Below the pieces are notes generated by a model that saw nothing but the letters and a program-made list of their open reading frames with translations, was not told the origin of the DNA and searched no databases. A stretch of DNA of 64,000 nucleotides from the NCBI GenBank assembly GCA_019057375.1, contig DXJF01000050.1, positions 64,001-128,000 of the forward strand, read 5' to 3'. The DNA is from Candidatus Heimdallarchaeota archaeon (GTDB lineage Archaea; Asgardarchaeota; Heimdallarchaeia; Heimdallarchaeales; Heimdallarchaeaceae). This document shows positions 30,951-42,102 of this stretch, piece after piece. Each line of letters opens with the position of its first letter. The stretch's first letter is position 1. The position numbers and the translations under genes were made by a program.

Positions 30951-31094
30951 TGCATCTATTTTAAGGAAAAGATAATTATAGTTTTCTAAAGTTTCTGAAG
31001 GTTTGCAACAATGTTTATCATCACTTCCTTTTGTACCATTGTACTTGAACTGCAGTAGAAGTGGTCAGATGGAGAAGAAAAATAAAATAAAACA

Positions 31095-31370
31095 GTGTAT
31101 CAAAAAGTGTTTGCTGGTTTTCTGTGGACAATTCAATATATTGTCTCCATAAGAAGATCAATCAAAATTGCATTTTTAATGATTATATCTGGTATAATTT
31201 CTATTACAATGATTATTGGAACTATATTTGGTTCTCTGGTTTGGACATCAGGTCTAGCTACGGTGGCTTGGGGTTTTATAGCTATCATTTCAGGATTAAC
31301 TTGCATAATTACAACTACTATGTTTGTTAGAGCAATTAAAAAAGAAAGAGAAGTCGTAACTAATCTATGA
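31095..31370 (+). CDS. Small two-TM membrane protein
   Basis: 91 aa with two hydrophobic helices; convergent with the GNAT gene. Confidence 0.45.
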   Translation: MYQKVFAGFLWTIQYIVSIRRSIKIAFLMIISGIISITMIIGTIFGSLVWTSGLATVAWGFIAIISGLTCIITTTMFVRAIKKEREVVTNL

Positions 31371-31371
31371 G

Positions 31372-32265
31372 TCATAATTTCTTTGTAAGTATATCGTAGG
31401 AAGCTGATTTCTCAAATCCAACAGCCATGAAATCTTCTGCTTCTTCTTTCTCAACTGGTGTTTCAGGATTAAGATAAACAGCTACTTGTTTGAAACCTGC
31501 TTCATTAATTTTTGTTAAGAGATCAGAGATTATGTGTTTTTTGAGTTCAGAACTTTTACCTATAAGGAGTGAAATCGTCGCAATTCCCTCATTTTGAGTT
31601 GAAGTTGCTGCACCATAAGCTAAAATCTCACCATCTTTCTTAATTACTCTATAACCAAGTAAATTTTCATTTTCTGCTATTCTTTTGACATAGTTTTCTA
31701 AATTATCTCCAGCAAGATTTGGATAAGTTTCACCAAGCTGATTTTTAACTTGTTCAACATCAGTTTCATGGTTATAATCAGCAATAGAATTTTCTGTTTT
31801 AAAGTGTTTAACATCTGATGGGTCACAAAGATAAATTTCAGTAACTGTTCTAGTTTTGGAAAATCCTAGTTTTTCTGCTATTTCATAATAATTATCATTA
31901 AGTATAGTTTGGGGAGTTTCTATTTCAGTAACTTCCTTTTGTTTAAGAACCTCAACTAGTTGGTCAAACAACAGGTTAAAAGCTCCCTCATGTCCTGGAA
32001 GAACAAAAGCTAAACGAGTCTGAGCTCTTTTGATTTTTTCTTCCTCAACATCAACAATATTAGCCCCAATGTAACCAACCATTTCGTCTCCTTTGAAACA
32101 ATATAATCTTGTTTCAGGATCGAATGTTTCTCTAGAATAAACTTCCTTTACTTGTTCAACTGAAGATTGGCCATAAGCAATCCATTTTTGAGCAAAGTGA
32201 TTACCGATTTCTACCTGCTTTTCTATGAATGATTCATTATAAGGTTTAATTGTATAATCTGTCAT
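31372..32265 (-). CDS. Tandem GNAT-fold acetyltransferase-like protein
   Basis: Two GNAT-like halves (YCFKGDEMVGY...LGF; IKKDGEILAYG...VGFEK). Confidence 0.65.
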   Translation of the reverse strand: MTDYTIKPYNESFIEKQVEIGNHFAQKWIAYGQSSVEQVKEVYSRETFDPETRLYCFKGDEMVGYIGANIVDVEEEKIKRAQTRLAFVLPGHEGAFNLLFDQLVEVLKQKEVTEIETPQTILNDNYYEIAEKLGFSKTRTVTEIYLCDPSDVKHFKTENSIADYNHETDVEQVKNQLGETYPNLAGDNLENYVKRIAENENLLGYRVIKKDGEILAYGAATSTQNEGIATISLLIGKSSELKKHIISDLLTKINEAGFKQVAVYLNPETPVEKEEAEDFMAVGFEKSASYDILTKKL

Positions 32266-32342
32266 AGCAAGCGATTCAGTTAAGACACTTATAATAGTTA
32301 CCAGTTATTATAAAAAAAGCATATTAGAATAACACTCACTTA

Positions 32343-34316
32343 CTAGATTTTTATTGAGAAAAGCTTTTTTGAAACTTCTACCTCTCTTGAAATTGTTTTG
32401 GTTAAGCTAGTTTTCTTAATATCTTCAACTGTATCTTCGAGCTTAACAATTGACATTCTATGAGAGAGTGGTGAGGATATTTGTTCTAATTTCTTTAGAT
32501 ATATAGATTGTTTAGTTAAGTCTTCCTGCTGCTTTAGTAGATCTAGGACTAATCTATCCAACCCATTCTCTTGTGCTATATTTAGTGCTTTGAATAGAAG
32601 GGTTCTAGCACTTTCTACATCAAATTCAAGAAGTGCCAATTGTGCTTTTAATCTCAGTGTTTCAACTAGTAGTACATGAGATTTGTTCTTTTCAGATAAT
32701 TCCTGAAGTTTGTTAACTTGTTTGTATATTTTCTTTAATACCTCGGGCTCATTAGTTTCTTTCATCTCAAGTAGAAGAATATCACATAGATATAGCAAAA
32801 CTTGAATTAATACGGGATAGAGAATGTCTTCTTCAACTAATTGCTCAAATAACAATTCTGCTTTAATTCTATCCCGTAAATTTGAACTTGTTTTTAGAAT
32901 TAAAGCTTCTGAATATTTATGATATTGACTGACATGTTTATTTTTTATTTCTTTATTAATCAAATCTAAAGATTCGAAGTATTTTTCAGCTTTTTCTATG
33001 TTGTGTAATTCTACATTAAACTGGATTAAATATGACAGACTAGCTGCTACAAGAGCTTTGTTACCCGTTTTTTGTCTTATCTCTAAGCTTTCTTGAATGA
33101 AGGATAAAGCCTGTTCTTTCATTCCTTTTTGCCAGTAAATCTTTCCTTGCTCTGAGAGTACAGATGAAATACCAAGTAGATTCTGTAAGCCTTTATGTAT
33201 TGTCATCAATTGATTTAAGTATTCCAGTGCTTTATCTAACTCTCCTTTTTGAATATAAACATCAGCAAAACCAGAAAGAATTTCATACCAGCCTTGAGGT
33301 TGGTTTTCTTTTAAAACAGGATAAGCCTTGTCATAAAATTCTAGTGTTTTATCAAAATCTCCCTTCAAGAAGTAGACATAACCACAATTATGCTGTGTAG
33401 AAGCAATAGCATTCTCATTGTTTAGTGCTTGATAAGTTTCGAGACCACGATTGTAATTATATAATGCTTCATCATATTCCCCAATTACTAAATAATAGTG
33501 ACCTATGTTGTTGTAAGTATTAGCTATCATACCATCAATTTCTAATTCTTCTGCAATAACCAATCTCTCTTTACTCAATTCATAAAACTTTTTATAATCA
33601 TTTTTCTGGTAGTAAGACCGAGCTAGAAAATCTAAACTATGAGCAATAGCTAATTTATTCTTAGCTCCTTTACATATATCGACTATTTTTTGACTTATTT
33701 CTAAAGCTGAATCTAGTTCTCCTCGATTTGTCAGAATAAATCCTATATTCGTAAGAATAGATAGTTGATAAATCGACAGATTATTTTTCTCACAAAATTT
33801 CTCCCCTTCAATTAATATCTGAAAACCTTCTTCTTGTTCTTCTTCTGTAGCGCTCTTTCCAGAATAAATTCTTAGTAATGGGATTATTCCTTTAAAATTA
33901 AAAATCATAGCTTTACGTTTTAAATAATCTAAATCCTTGCTAGGTTCAAGTTCATCAAACATTGGTATGATTTCATCATGTAATTTTTGTAATTCTTGCC
34001 ATTCATTTAAGTGAAAATAACTTAATTGTAAGTTTAGAAGTGAATCAAATTTCAGATTCTTATCTTTAATATCTCTGCTTTCTCGTATTACTTCCTGAGC
34101 TAATTTCATTCCGTAGTCAAAAGAGCTATGTTCATAACCTAAATTTGTAAGAGCAATGACTATTTGGCTTTTAAGTATTTTAGCTTTTATTCTTTCTTCT
34201 ATTGTAATTTCATCTTTTTTCAACAATTCATCTAGTTCATCAATTGAATTTAGAAAATCTCCCCTTATGAAGTCTTGCAGAATTCTTTCTAACTCTTTTT
34301 GAATGGGAGTGACCAT
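32343..34316 (-). CDS. Tetratricopeptide-repeat protein
   Basis: Many 34-aa-like units (NIG...RGELDSAL; NNIG...GEYDEAL; NCG...KGDFDKTL). Confidence 0.9.
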   Translation of the reverse strand: MVTPIQKELERILQDFIRGDFLNSIDELDELLKKDEITIEERIKAKILKSQIVIALTNLGYEHSSFDYGMKLAQEVIRESRDIKDKNLKFDSLLNLQLSYFHLNEWQELQKLHDEIIPMFDELEPSKDLDYLKRKAMIFNFKGIIPLLRIYSGKSATEEEQEEGFQILIEGEKFCEKNNLSIYQLSILTNIGFILTNRGELDSALEISQKIVDICKGAKNKLAIAHSLDFLARSYYQKNDYKKFYELSKERLVIAEELEIDGMIANTYNNIGHYYLVIGEYDEALYNYNRGLETYQALNNENAIASTQHNCGYVYFLKGDFDKTLEFYDKAYPVLKENQPQGWYEILSGFADVYIQKGELDKALEYLNQLMTIHKGLQNLLGISSVLSEQGKIYWQKGMKEQALSFIQESLEIRQKTGNKALVAASLSYLIQFNVELHNIEKAEKYFESLDLINKEIKNKHVSQYHKYSEALILKTSSNLRDRIKAELLFEQLVEEDILYPVLIQVLLYLCDILLLEMKETNEPEVLKKIYKQVNKLQELSEKNKSHVLLVETLRLKAQLALLEFDVESARTLLFKALNIAQENGLDRLVLDLLKQQEDLTKQSIYLKKLEQISSPLSHRMSIVKLEDTVEDIKKTSLTKTISREVEVSKKLFSIKI

Positions 34317-34484
34317 ACAATCACCAATATAAAGAAATTAAACAAAACTAGGTTAAAACTTTTGCTTCCAAGAAAATTAAGATAAATACTACGAATACGA
34401 ATAACAGCTGAACTTATTTGTTAGGTTGCAAGTAACATTATAAAAAGAACTTAAACATCACACAATAGGGAATAAGAGGTTAAA

Positions 34485-35822
34485 ATGAGCGATGTAATAG
34501 TTGATAAAAATGCAACCTCAAAGATTTCTCTTGGTATTATAGCTAATAAAAGGAAATATAAGCTAGATAATGCTGCAGAAGGCTTTAGCTTAATGTCCAG
34601 TAGAAAGATTCCATGTGTTTTTAAAATAGCTTGTACCTTGAAGGAAAAGGTAGATGTAAAGAAACTCCATAAAGCTCTAGCTAACATTCTTCCTCGTTTT
34701 CCTTATTTTAGAGTTAGTATAAAGAAAGGATTCATATGGGGAAAATGGATTACTAATTTATCAATTCCTGAAATTATGCCTGTAGGACAATATACTAACC
34801 AATATATTCCAATAGGAAGAAAGAAACTCCTCTATAGAATATTAGTCAACCAAAATAGAATCGCTATAGAGTGTCATCATAGTTTGACAGATGGTCATGG
34901 GGGGTTAATTTTTCTAAATTCACTAATAGCTGAATATTTCAATATAAAGAAAACAGAAATCGATAATTGGGAAAATATTTTCAATTCCAAAAAAGAACCT
35001 GATTTTCAAGAATTTGAAAATGCTTTTGATCAGCATTATAAGAGAAAAGTGAAGAGAAAATCAACAAGATTTGGAAAAAAAAGCTTCAATATACCATTTA
35101 AGACAGAGCCTCCAGGAGTAATTCATACCTCTAAAGTAACAGTTTCTGTGAAAGAGGTCAAACAAAAAGCCAAAGAGTTTAATGTTTCAATAACTGGATT
35201 TCTATCTGCTCTTTATATGGATTCTTTGAAAACAATACAAGAAGATATCTGCAAAAACAAAACTCGAAGAATGAAACCTATCCGTCTGAATGTTCCTGTG
35301 AACTTAAGAAGAGTTTTGCCTTCAATAACAATGAGAAATTTCACTTTATGTGTAACACCAAATATTGATCCAAAAAAGAAACAACTTACTTTAAAAGAAA
35401 TTGTTTTACAAGTTAATGATTGTTTAAAGAATAAGATTATACCAGAAACATTTTATCAAATGATTGCACGAAATACCAGAAGCTTGAGTTCACCAATAAT
35501 GCAAATTGCACCTTTTCAGGTAAAGAGATTCTTCGCAAGAAAAGGATATTATTTCTTTAGAACGCCATATTATGGTGGCATTCTTACAAATCTTGGTCAA
35601 ATTACTTTGCCAAAAAGCTTAACTGATCGAATAGATAATTATGATATTGTAATAGGTCCAGGTCCTGTAAACAAGGTAAGAGTTGGAGTAGCAAGTTTTG
35701 AAAACAAATTAATTCTTACATTCAGCAGGGTGATAAAGGAACCGATTTTAGCTGAAGTTTTCTGCAAGAAACTAGGAGAACAAAATGTAGATTTCAATCT
35801 TGAACCATACAAGATTTCTTGA
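34485..35822 (+). CDS. CoA-dependent acyltransferase (alcohol acetyltransferase / condensation-domain-like)
   Basis: HHSLTDGHGG (HHxxxDG), RFPYF, PVNLR, TNLG. Confidence 0.8.
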   Translation: MSDVIVDKNATSKISLGIIANKRKYKLDNAAEGFSLMSSRKIPCVFKIACTLKEKVDVKKLHKALANILPRFPYFRVSIKKGFIWGKWITNLSIPEIMPVGQYTNQYIPIGRKKLLYRILVNQNRIAIECHHSLTDGHGGLIFLNSLIAEYFNIKKTEIDNWENIFNSKKEPDFQEFENAFDQHYKRKVKRKSTRFGKKSFNIPFKTEPPGVIHTSKVTVSVKEVKQKAKEFNVSITGFLSALYMDSLKTIQEDICKNKTRRMKPIRLNVPVNLRRVLPSITMRNFTLCVTPNIDPKKKQLTLKEIVLQVNDCLKNKIIPETFYQMIARNTRSLSSPIMQIAPFQVKRFFARKGYYFFRTPYYGGILTNLGQITLPKSLTDRIDNYDIVIGPGPVNKVRVGVASFENKLILTFSRVIKEPILAEVFCKKLGEQNVDFNLEPYKIS

Positions 35823-35853
35823 AAGCTGTATACAGCTGTTAAAATTAAAAAAA

Positions 35854-36126
35854 TTAGAAAAATAAACCCCTGTGCAAAAGAAAATTGCATAGTGCTCTAT
35901 TTTTTTCCAATTTAAGATCTTTCTTAATACGAAAATTATCGTAATTGCTAATATCCTTTTGAGAATATGAAGAGATTTCAGAGTTATACAGATTTTCTGC
36001 CAAATGTTCTTTTATAGGGAAAGTTGATTTTTCTTCAGTAGAGTCAAGTTTCAAGAAGTTCTTCAGAGAATTATATTCCTTTAGTAATTCATTTTTCAGA
36101 TTTTCTTTCTTGGTTATTACCGTCAT
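35854..36126 (-). CDS. Hypothetical protein
   Basis: 90-aa ORF with ATG start that fills the gap; no family recognised. Confidence 0.35.
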   Translation of the reverse strand: MTVITKKENLKNELLKEYNSLKNFLKLDSTEEKSTFPIKEHLAENLYNSEISSYSQKDISNYDNFRIKKDLKLEKNRALCNFLLHRGLFF

Positions 36127-36299
36127 GAGCTATACGGATTGCTTTGCTATTATATGCTCTAGTCGAAGAATATGAGTATTCTAGAATTCTAGTAAAACTG
36201 AATTCATGAATATCTTCTAATTGTCATCTACTATGATAGACAGATTCACTTATTTCTAAAAACTGATAAATTTATAATAAACATCAATGAGTATTATCC

Positions 36300-36964
36300 A
36301 TGAAAGATGTTCTAAAGAGTATAAGAGAGATTGAAGAGAACATTGAAGAAGTTCTGAACAAGTATGAGATAAAAGAGGAAAATGAAAGAGCATTGGAAGA
36401 GTATAAGAAATTAGAAAAAGATTTAACTTCCTTATCAATAAATGATTCAGAACAAGAATGCTTCAAAGAATATAACCGAGTTTTAGCTTATTTATACATG
36501 AGAGAGGGCAATATTTTAAGGATTTTAGGAAATGCTGAAGAAGCTATTAAAGTGCAAAAATTAGAAATAGAAGCTGCACGGAACTCAGAAGATGAAATTA
36601 CTCTCGCTAGATCATTATTTTCATCAGCTGTTCAGAATATCTCCTCAGGAAATATAAAAGAGGGAACTCTTCTACTTGAAGAAGCTTTACAGGAGTTCAA
36701 TAAAGGAAATTCTACTGATCATAAGCAGGGAGCTGGATGGATTTGGATAATTCGAGCTGACATTATGAACGCAGAAATAATCGAAGCAAATCATGAAGAG
36801 ATAGTAGAAACCTGTAATAAAGCCATAGAGTTACTAAACCTATAAATAATTGGCAAGGACTAGTTAGAGCATATCAAGCTAGAGCTACAACTCATAGAAA
36901 AAACAATCTTCAAGATTTAGCTGAAAAAGATGAAAGAAAAGCTGAAAGCTTCAAACCTGAATAA
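36300..36964 (+). pseudogene. TPR-like helical protein with an apparent 1-nt deletion frameshift near 36838
   Basis: Adding one A to ctaaacctata gives ...IELLKPINNWQGLVRAYQARATTHRKNNLQDLAEKDERKAESFKPE*, a TPR-like helix ending at TAA 36962-36964. Confidence 0.7.
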
Positions 36965-37268
36965 GAAAGGAATTACTTGAAATACTTGAATCCCATAATA
37001 AATCACAAGGATGATAGAAGCACACTCTTCTTCTGATTCTGTAATCTTTATTTATAATCAATAAATGAATCTCTTCTTTCCTCTGCTGTTTTTCCCCACT
37101 TCTCTAACTATGAAAAGTAGAAGAAGTGAGGGGTATAGTTTCTGAAGAGAAACTCAAACTGAATGTGTAGCACAATTTGGTTTAACTACAAAATTTGTCA
37201 TAGAAAAACCTTTAATATAACACAAAGAAGACGGTGCTTTAGACTCTTATCTTTATTAGGTGAAAATT

Positions 37269-38639
37269 ATGAGTGAAAAACAACTTACAAAAGAAGAATT
37301 ATTAGCAAAGGCTGAAAAACCTGCAAAAGACGCTTTGATACTTCATCCTTTCTATGAAGGAAAGATTCAAATTGTACCTAAATGCAGTATTTGGGATTTT
37401 TCAGCCTTTGGAGTTTGGTATACTCCTGGAGTAGCAGCAAGCTGTAGAGCTATCGCAGATGATCCAGCTGAATCATTCAGACAAACTAATCGTGCTAATA
37501 CAATCGCAGTAGTAAGCGATGGAACTCGTGTTCTCGGACTTGGTGATATCGGTCCAGCGGCTGGACAACCGGTCATGGAAGGAAAAGCATTGCTCTTCAA
37601 ATACCTTGGAGGCGTTGATGCTGTCCCATTAAGCATTGGAATGACCAATGAAAGACCAAGTGCTGATGAAATAATTAATTTTGTAAAATTAATTCAACCT
37701 TCATTTGGAGGTATCAATCTTGAAGATATTTCTAAACCAAAATGCTACAAAGTTCTTGAGACTTTAAGAAATGATCCAGAAATAACAATACCTGTTTGGC
37801 ATGACGACGCTCAAGGAACTGCCTCTGTTGTCACAGCTGGTGTTATTGGAGCAGCTAAACACGTTGGTAAGGAACTTGATCAAATCAAAGTTGCTATGTT
37901 GGGTGTTGGTTCCGCTAACACTCGGACTGCTTACGTCCTAGAATCTGCGGGTGTTCCTCACAAGAATATTATTATGGCGGACTCAAAGGGTATCTTAACC
38001 AAAGACCGTCCTGATATTATTGAACAAAAAGACTATGATACTTTCAAGTATGATTTAGCCCAAAAGACTAATTCTGAAGGTATAACTGGAGATTTTGGCG
38101 AAGCAATGAAAGGTGCTGATGTCATGATTTCAGCTTCCAAATCTGAACCTGGAACAGTTAAATCTGAATGGATTTCTACTATGGCATCTGACAGTATTGT
38201 GTTTGCTTGCGCTAATCCGCTTCCAGAGATTTATCCTTGGGATGCAAAGGAAGCTGGTGCTAGAGTTATTGGAACAGGTCGCAGTGATTTCGATAACCAG
38301 ATCAATAATAGTCTTGGTTTTCCAGGTATTTTCAGAGGTACTCTTGATGTTAACGCTTCTACCATTACTGATGAGATGTGTGTCGCAGCTGCTCAAGCTA
38401 TTGCAGATATAGCCATTAAGAAAGGCTTACGCGATGATTACATTATCCCAACTATGGATGATTGGGAAATCTTCCCTTACGTAGCATCTAAAGTAGGTAT
38501 GAAAGCTATTGAACAAGGTGTTGCTCGTAAAGTATTTGAGGAAGAGGAACTCTATAAAATGGCTCAAGAAAGAATCAAGTATGCTCGTAACCTTACTAAG
38601 AGTATGATGGAAACTGGTTTTATTAAACCTAAAATCTGA
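37269..38639 (+). CDS. NAD(P)-dependent malic enzyme
   Basis: [57 protein letters not shown]. Likely start is the ATG at 37269. Confidence 0.95.
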   Translation: MSEKQLTKEELLAKAEKPAKDALILHPFYEGKIQIVPKCSIWDFSAFGVWYTPGVAASCRAIADDPAESFRQTNRANTIAVVSDGTRVLGLGDIGPAAGQPVMEGKALLFKYLGGVDAVPLSIGMTNERPSADEIINFVKLIQPSFGGINLEDISKPKCYKVLETLRNDPEITIPVWHDDAQGTASVVTAGVIGAAKHVGKELDQIKVAMLGVGSANTRTAYVLESAGVPHKNIIMADSKGILTKDRPDIIEQKDYDTFKYDLAQKTNSEGITGDFGEAMKGADVMISASKSEPGTVKSEWISTMASDSIVFACANPLPEIYPWDAKEAGARVIGTGRSDFDNQINNSLGFPGIFRGTLDVNASTITDEMCVAAAQAIADIAIKKGLRDDYIIPTMDDWEIFPYVASKVGMKAIEQGVARKVFEEEELYKMAQERIKYARNLTKSMMETGFIKPKI

Positions 38640-38640
38640 A

Positions 38641-38685
38641 ACTTTTTTTCTTTTCTTTCTTTTTATTTCCTTTCCTTTAGCCTTT
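38641..38685 (+). terminator. Long oligo-T terminator after malic enzyme
   Basis: actttttttcttttctttctttttatttcctttcc. Confidence 0.55.
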
Positions 38686-38727
38686 TTCAAAGAACTTATA
38701 TTGGAATTTCGGTATATTCTTACTTGA

Positions 38728-40614
38728 ATGTCTGATAAGCACACCCTTACTGATTTTGAGGAATTCTTCGATACTACGCCCATGTCTATTATTATCGTTC
38801 AGGACATTCACAACATTGTTTATGCTAATCGATCTTTTCTTACTACTACTGGTTATAATTTCAAAGACTTAGAAGATATTACCCTTATCGATCTTATTCA
38901 TGAAGATGATCGTCCTATAGTTCAAGAGCGAATGAAGATTCTTGAATCAGGTGGTAAACCTGATGATTCCATGCAAGTCCGTATAGTTCGAAAAGATGAT
39001 TCTGTTGCCCTTTCTAGGATTTTTGCTTATGATATTAATTTCAATGATAAGCCTTCTAGAATCATAGCAGGAGTGAATATCAGCGCTGAACCGCTTATTG
39101 AACAGTCTTCTGAGCTTGTTTCTTCAGTACTCCAAACTCTTACTACACACAGTGAACTTGGATTTTGGGTTGATGATATTAATGATCACACTGTTTTCAT
39201 TAATGATCGAATGTGTGAGTATCTTGGTTATACACTTGAAGAAATAAGTACTCGTTCTGTAACAGACTTCTTCCATCCTGATTCACAGGAGCTCTATTAT
39301 CAGGTTTTAAAGGAAAGAACTGAAGGGCACTTAACCGCTAGCTCCTATGAGCTCGTTTTAATAAACAAAGAAGGACGTCCTAATACTTATCGAGTCATTG
39401 GCTCTTTGTTATATGATAGATTTGGATCCTCAATTGGTTCAGTTGGTTTTTTCACTAATATTGAAGCAACTAAGAAGCTTTCTCTAACCGTTTCTGTTCT
39501 TAACAAATATGCTCTTTTCTCTAGATTTAAAGATTTATCCACATTCTGGAAAAATGTTTTACATGATTTATCAGATATTTATTATGCAGATGGAGGTATG
39601 ATCTTTTTAGACGGAGAAGTGTTAGCAAAACAAGGAGACTTTGCTAATAACTTTAATCCTCAAGATATCCTAGAAGATATAGCTAAGAAAGGAGAAAACA
39701 TTATCCATTGTCGAGGTAATTGCAAACATATATCCAAAGAAACTAATTCTGCTGTTATCTCAGTTTTACATTTAAATCAACTTCCTGCAGGATTTATACT
39801 GTTATCTTCTAACATAGAAAATCTATTCTACCCAGAAGATCTTGATCTAATTTTAGCATTCAGCAGTCAAATCTCACTTAATTATGAACATCACTTTTTA
39901 TATCTTCAAAGTGAGGAAGAGAGAGAATTTGTTTCAGTACTTTTAGATATACTCTCACATGATTTTCTCAATGCAAATACTTCTGTACACGGTTATCTTG
40001 AATTGTTGGATCAATATGTTGATTCAGAGGATAGGGAGAGGTTTAAAAGTTACATTAAAAGAAGCATGAGTGTTGTTGAAAGAAGTGAAAGAATTCTTCA
40101 AACTGTTCAACAGTTAACAAAAATTCAGAAAGAAAGAAAAACTAGAAAGACAGTAATTGTTAGACCATTATTAGACAATGCTATTGATGTTCAGAAATCG
40201 ATGTTTTATGATAAAACAGTAGATGTCAAAGTTACTACTATTAAGAATCTCAAAGTAATTACAGGAGATTTACTACAAAATGTATTTGAAAACATTATAA
40301 ACAATGGAATTAAGTACACTAATGATAAAGAAGTACAACTAGACATTGAATGTAAAGTAGTACAAGAAGAAGATGAAGAAAGAGTTGAAATAAAATTCAT
40401 TGATTATGGGGTGGGAATTCCTGATGAAGATAAGCCATTATTCTTCAAAAGACTATCAAGAGGAGATAACCGTTTTCAATCAGGTTCTGGTTTAGGACTA
40501 TACATGGCGAGAGTTCTTATTAATTCATACAATGGTACCATTCGTTTTGAAAACAGGATACAAGATGATTATACCAAGGGATCAGCTGTAATAATAACAC
40601 TTCCAAGAGGTTAA
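38728..40614 (+). CDS. PAS-PAS-GAF sensor histidine kinase
   Basis: Two PAS domains, a GAF-like region, LSHDFLN H-box, NIINNGIKY, DYGVGI, GSGLGL. Confidence 0.9.
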   Translation: MSDKHTLTDFEEFFDTTPMSIIIVQDIHNIVYANRSFLTTTGYNFKDLEDITLIDLIHEDDRPIVQERMKILESGGKPDDSMQVRIVRKDDSVALSRIFAYDINFNDKPSRIIAGVNISAEPLIEQSSELVSSVLQTLTTHSELGFWVDDINDHTVFINDRMCEYLGYTLEEISTRSVTDFFHPDSQELYYQVLKERTEGHLTASSYELVLINKEGRPNTYRVIGSLLYDRFGSSIGSVGFFTNIEATKKLSLTVSVLNKYALFSRFKDLSTFWKNVLHDLSDIYYADGGMIFLDGEVLAKQGDFANNFNPQDILEDIAKKGENIIHCRGNCKHISKETNSAVISVLHLNQLPAGFILLSSNIENLFYPEDLDLILAFSSQISLNYEHHFLYLQSEEEREFVSVLLDILSHDFLNANTSVHGYLELLDQYVDSEDRERFKSYIKRSMSVVERSERILQTVQQLTKIQKERKTRKTVIVRPLLDNAIDVQKSMFYDKTVDVKVTTIKNLKVITGDLLQNVFENIINNGIKYTNDKEVQLDIECKVVQEEDEERVEIKFIDYGVGIPDEDKPLFFKRLSRGDNRFQSGSGLGLYMARVLINSYNGTIRFENRIQDDYTKGSAVIITLPRG

Positions 40615-40618
40615 AGAA

Positions 40619-40984
40619 ATGGCAACAATATTTATAATAGATGATGAAGAAACCATCCAATTTCTTTACAAAGAAGGATTATCTCTTGAAGGACACAAGA
40701 TTATAGGAACTGCACATGATGGTTCAAAAGCTATTGAAGACATTAATAAATTAAAAAAATATCCTGATATTATTATCCTTGATCACAGAATGCCAATTAA
40801 AAATGGTTTGGACACATTGAAAGAGATGAAACGGTATAAGATTATAGCAAAATCCAAAATTCTTTTTATTACTGCAGATCCTACAGTCAGAGAAGAAGCT
40901 AGTAAACTCGGAGTTACTTCTTTTATTCAAAAACCATTTAGTATTATAAAATTAGGTAAGATGATTAGTGAGATTGTTAAATAA
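40619..40984 (+). CDS. Single-domain response regulator (CheY-like)
   Basis: IIDDE, ILDHRMP, FITAD, IQKPF; 4 bp after the kinase. Confidence 0.92.
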   Translation: MATIFIIDDEETIQFLYKEGLSLEGHKIIGTAHDGSKAIEDINKLKKYPDIIILDHRMPIKNGLDTLKEMKRYKIIAKSKILFITADPTVREEASKLGVTSFIQKPFSIIKLGKMISEIVK

Positions 40985-41071
40985 CTTACCTGACTATTTT
41001 GTCTGTTTTTACTACATTTGATAAAAGAACAATATTTTTATTTCATAACTATTTGTAATAGGTGAGGAAAG

Positions 41072-42058
41072 ATGTTATTATTAGGTCCTACAGAAGATAT
41101 AGAAGAAGAGGAAGAACAGAGAGAAGGTCCTGTTGAAAAAGATCTAGGGATAATTGGACTTGGTCCTGCAGGTTTAACTGCAGCACTCTATGCATCTAGA
41201 GCAGGTTTGTCAGTAGTTGAAGTAGGTCTAGATTATGGAGGACAAATGGGTTTAGCTATGGAGATAGAAAATTACCCAGGGTTCGAAATGATTACTGGGA
41301 TTGAACTTGCAGATAAGATGAAAGCTCAAGCTGAAAAATTTGGAACAAAAGTAGTCTTTGGAGAAGTTTCTACTGTAGAAAAACTAGAAGACGGTAAATT
41401 CTTTATTAAGAGTGATATGGGGGATTTTATTGTTAAAGCCCTGATTCTTGCAACAGGAGGTAGGCATAGAGAACTAGAAGTTCCTGGAGAGAAGGAGTTT
41501 ATTGGTAGAGGAGTTTCTTACTGTGCAACATGTGATGCAGCTTTCTTTAAAGAAAAAACTGTCATTGTTGTTGGATCAGGAGATGCTGCAGCAACAGGAA
41601 CATTAGCTCTAAGTGATGTTGGAGCAAAGATGACCTATTGGGTTTCAAGATCAGATTATCTCAAATGTGAGAAAATCTATATTGACAGAGCAAAAGAACG
41701 CAGTAATATAGCTATTCTTTACAAAAAGCAAGTCACTGAAATAAAAGGTACTAACACAGTAGAAGAAGTTCTTTTTAGTGATGGAACTTCTCTGAAAGTT
41801 GATGGTATTTTCGCTGAAATCGGAGCTATCCCAAACATCGAACTAGCAGAATCTCTAGCGTGTGAAATCGAAGATGGTTTAATCAAGATTGATGATGGCT
41901 GTGGTACAAACATTGCTGGAGTGTTTTCTGCAGGTGATGTGACAAGTAAAATAGTTAATCCACTTATGAGACAGATTACTACATCAACAGGTTTAGGTAC
42001 AATTGCAGCTCTTAGTGCAGCAGAATATTTACAAGGCTTAAAAACCAAACAAAACTAA
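41072..42058 (+). CDS. trxB: Thioredoxin reductase
   Basis: GLGPAGLTAA, IENYPG, ILATG, GRGVSYCATCD, FSAGD. Confidence 0.92.
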   Translation: MLLLGPTEDIEEEEEQREGPVEKDLGIIGLGPAGLTAALYASRAGLSVVEVGLDYGGQMGLAMEIENYPGFEMITGIELADKMKAQAEKFGTKVVFGEVSTVEKLEDGKFFIKSDMGDFIVKALILATGGRHRELEVPGEKEFIGRGVSYCATCDAAFFKEKTVIVVGSGDAAATGTLALSDVGAKMTYWVSRSDYLKCEKIYIDRAKERSNIAILYKKQVTEIKGTNTVEEVLFSDGTSLKVDGIFAEIGAIPNIELAESLACEIEDGLIKIDDGCGTNIAGVFSAGDVTSKIVNPLMRQITTSTGLGTIAALSAAEYLQGLKTKQN

Positions 42059-42102
42059 AAAAATGTTGGAAGAAAGACATTTATCTTTCTCTTTTTAAAT
42101 TT

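Noticed and set aside
36965-37201. Protein-like minus-strand fragments (for example LEKWGKTAEERRDSF)
   Set aside because: All frames contain several stops and no family is recognisable; at most a decayed remnant.
37269-38639. Distinct codon usage (CGT/GCT-rich) in the malic enzyme gene as possible HGT
   Set aside because: Equally explained by high expression; no flanking repeats or mobility genes, and not quantifiable by eye.
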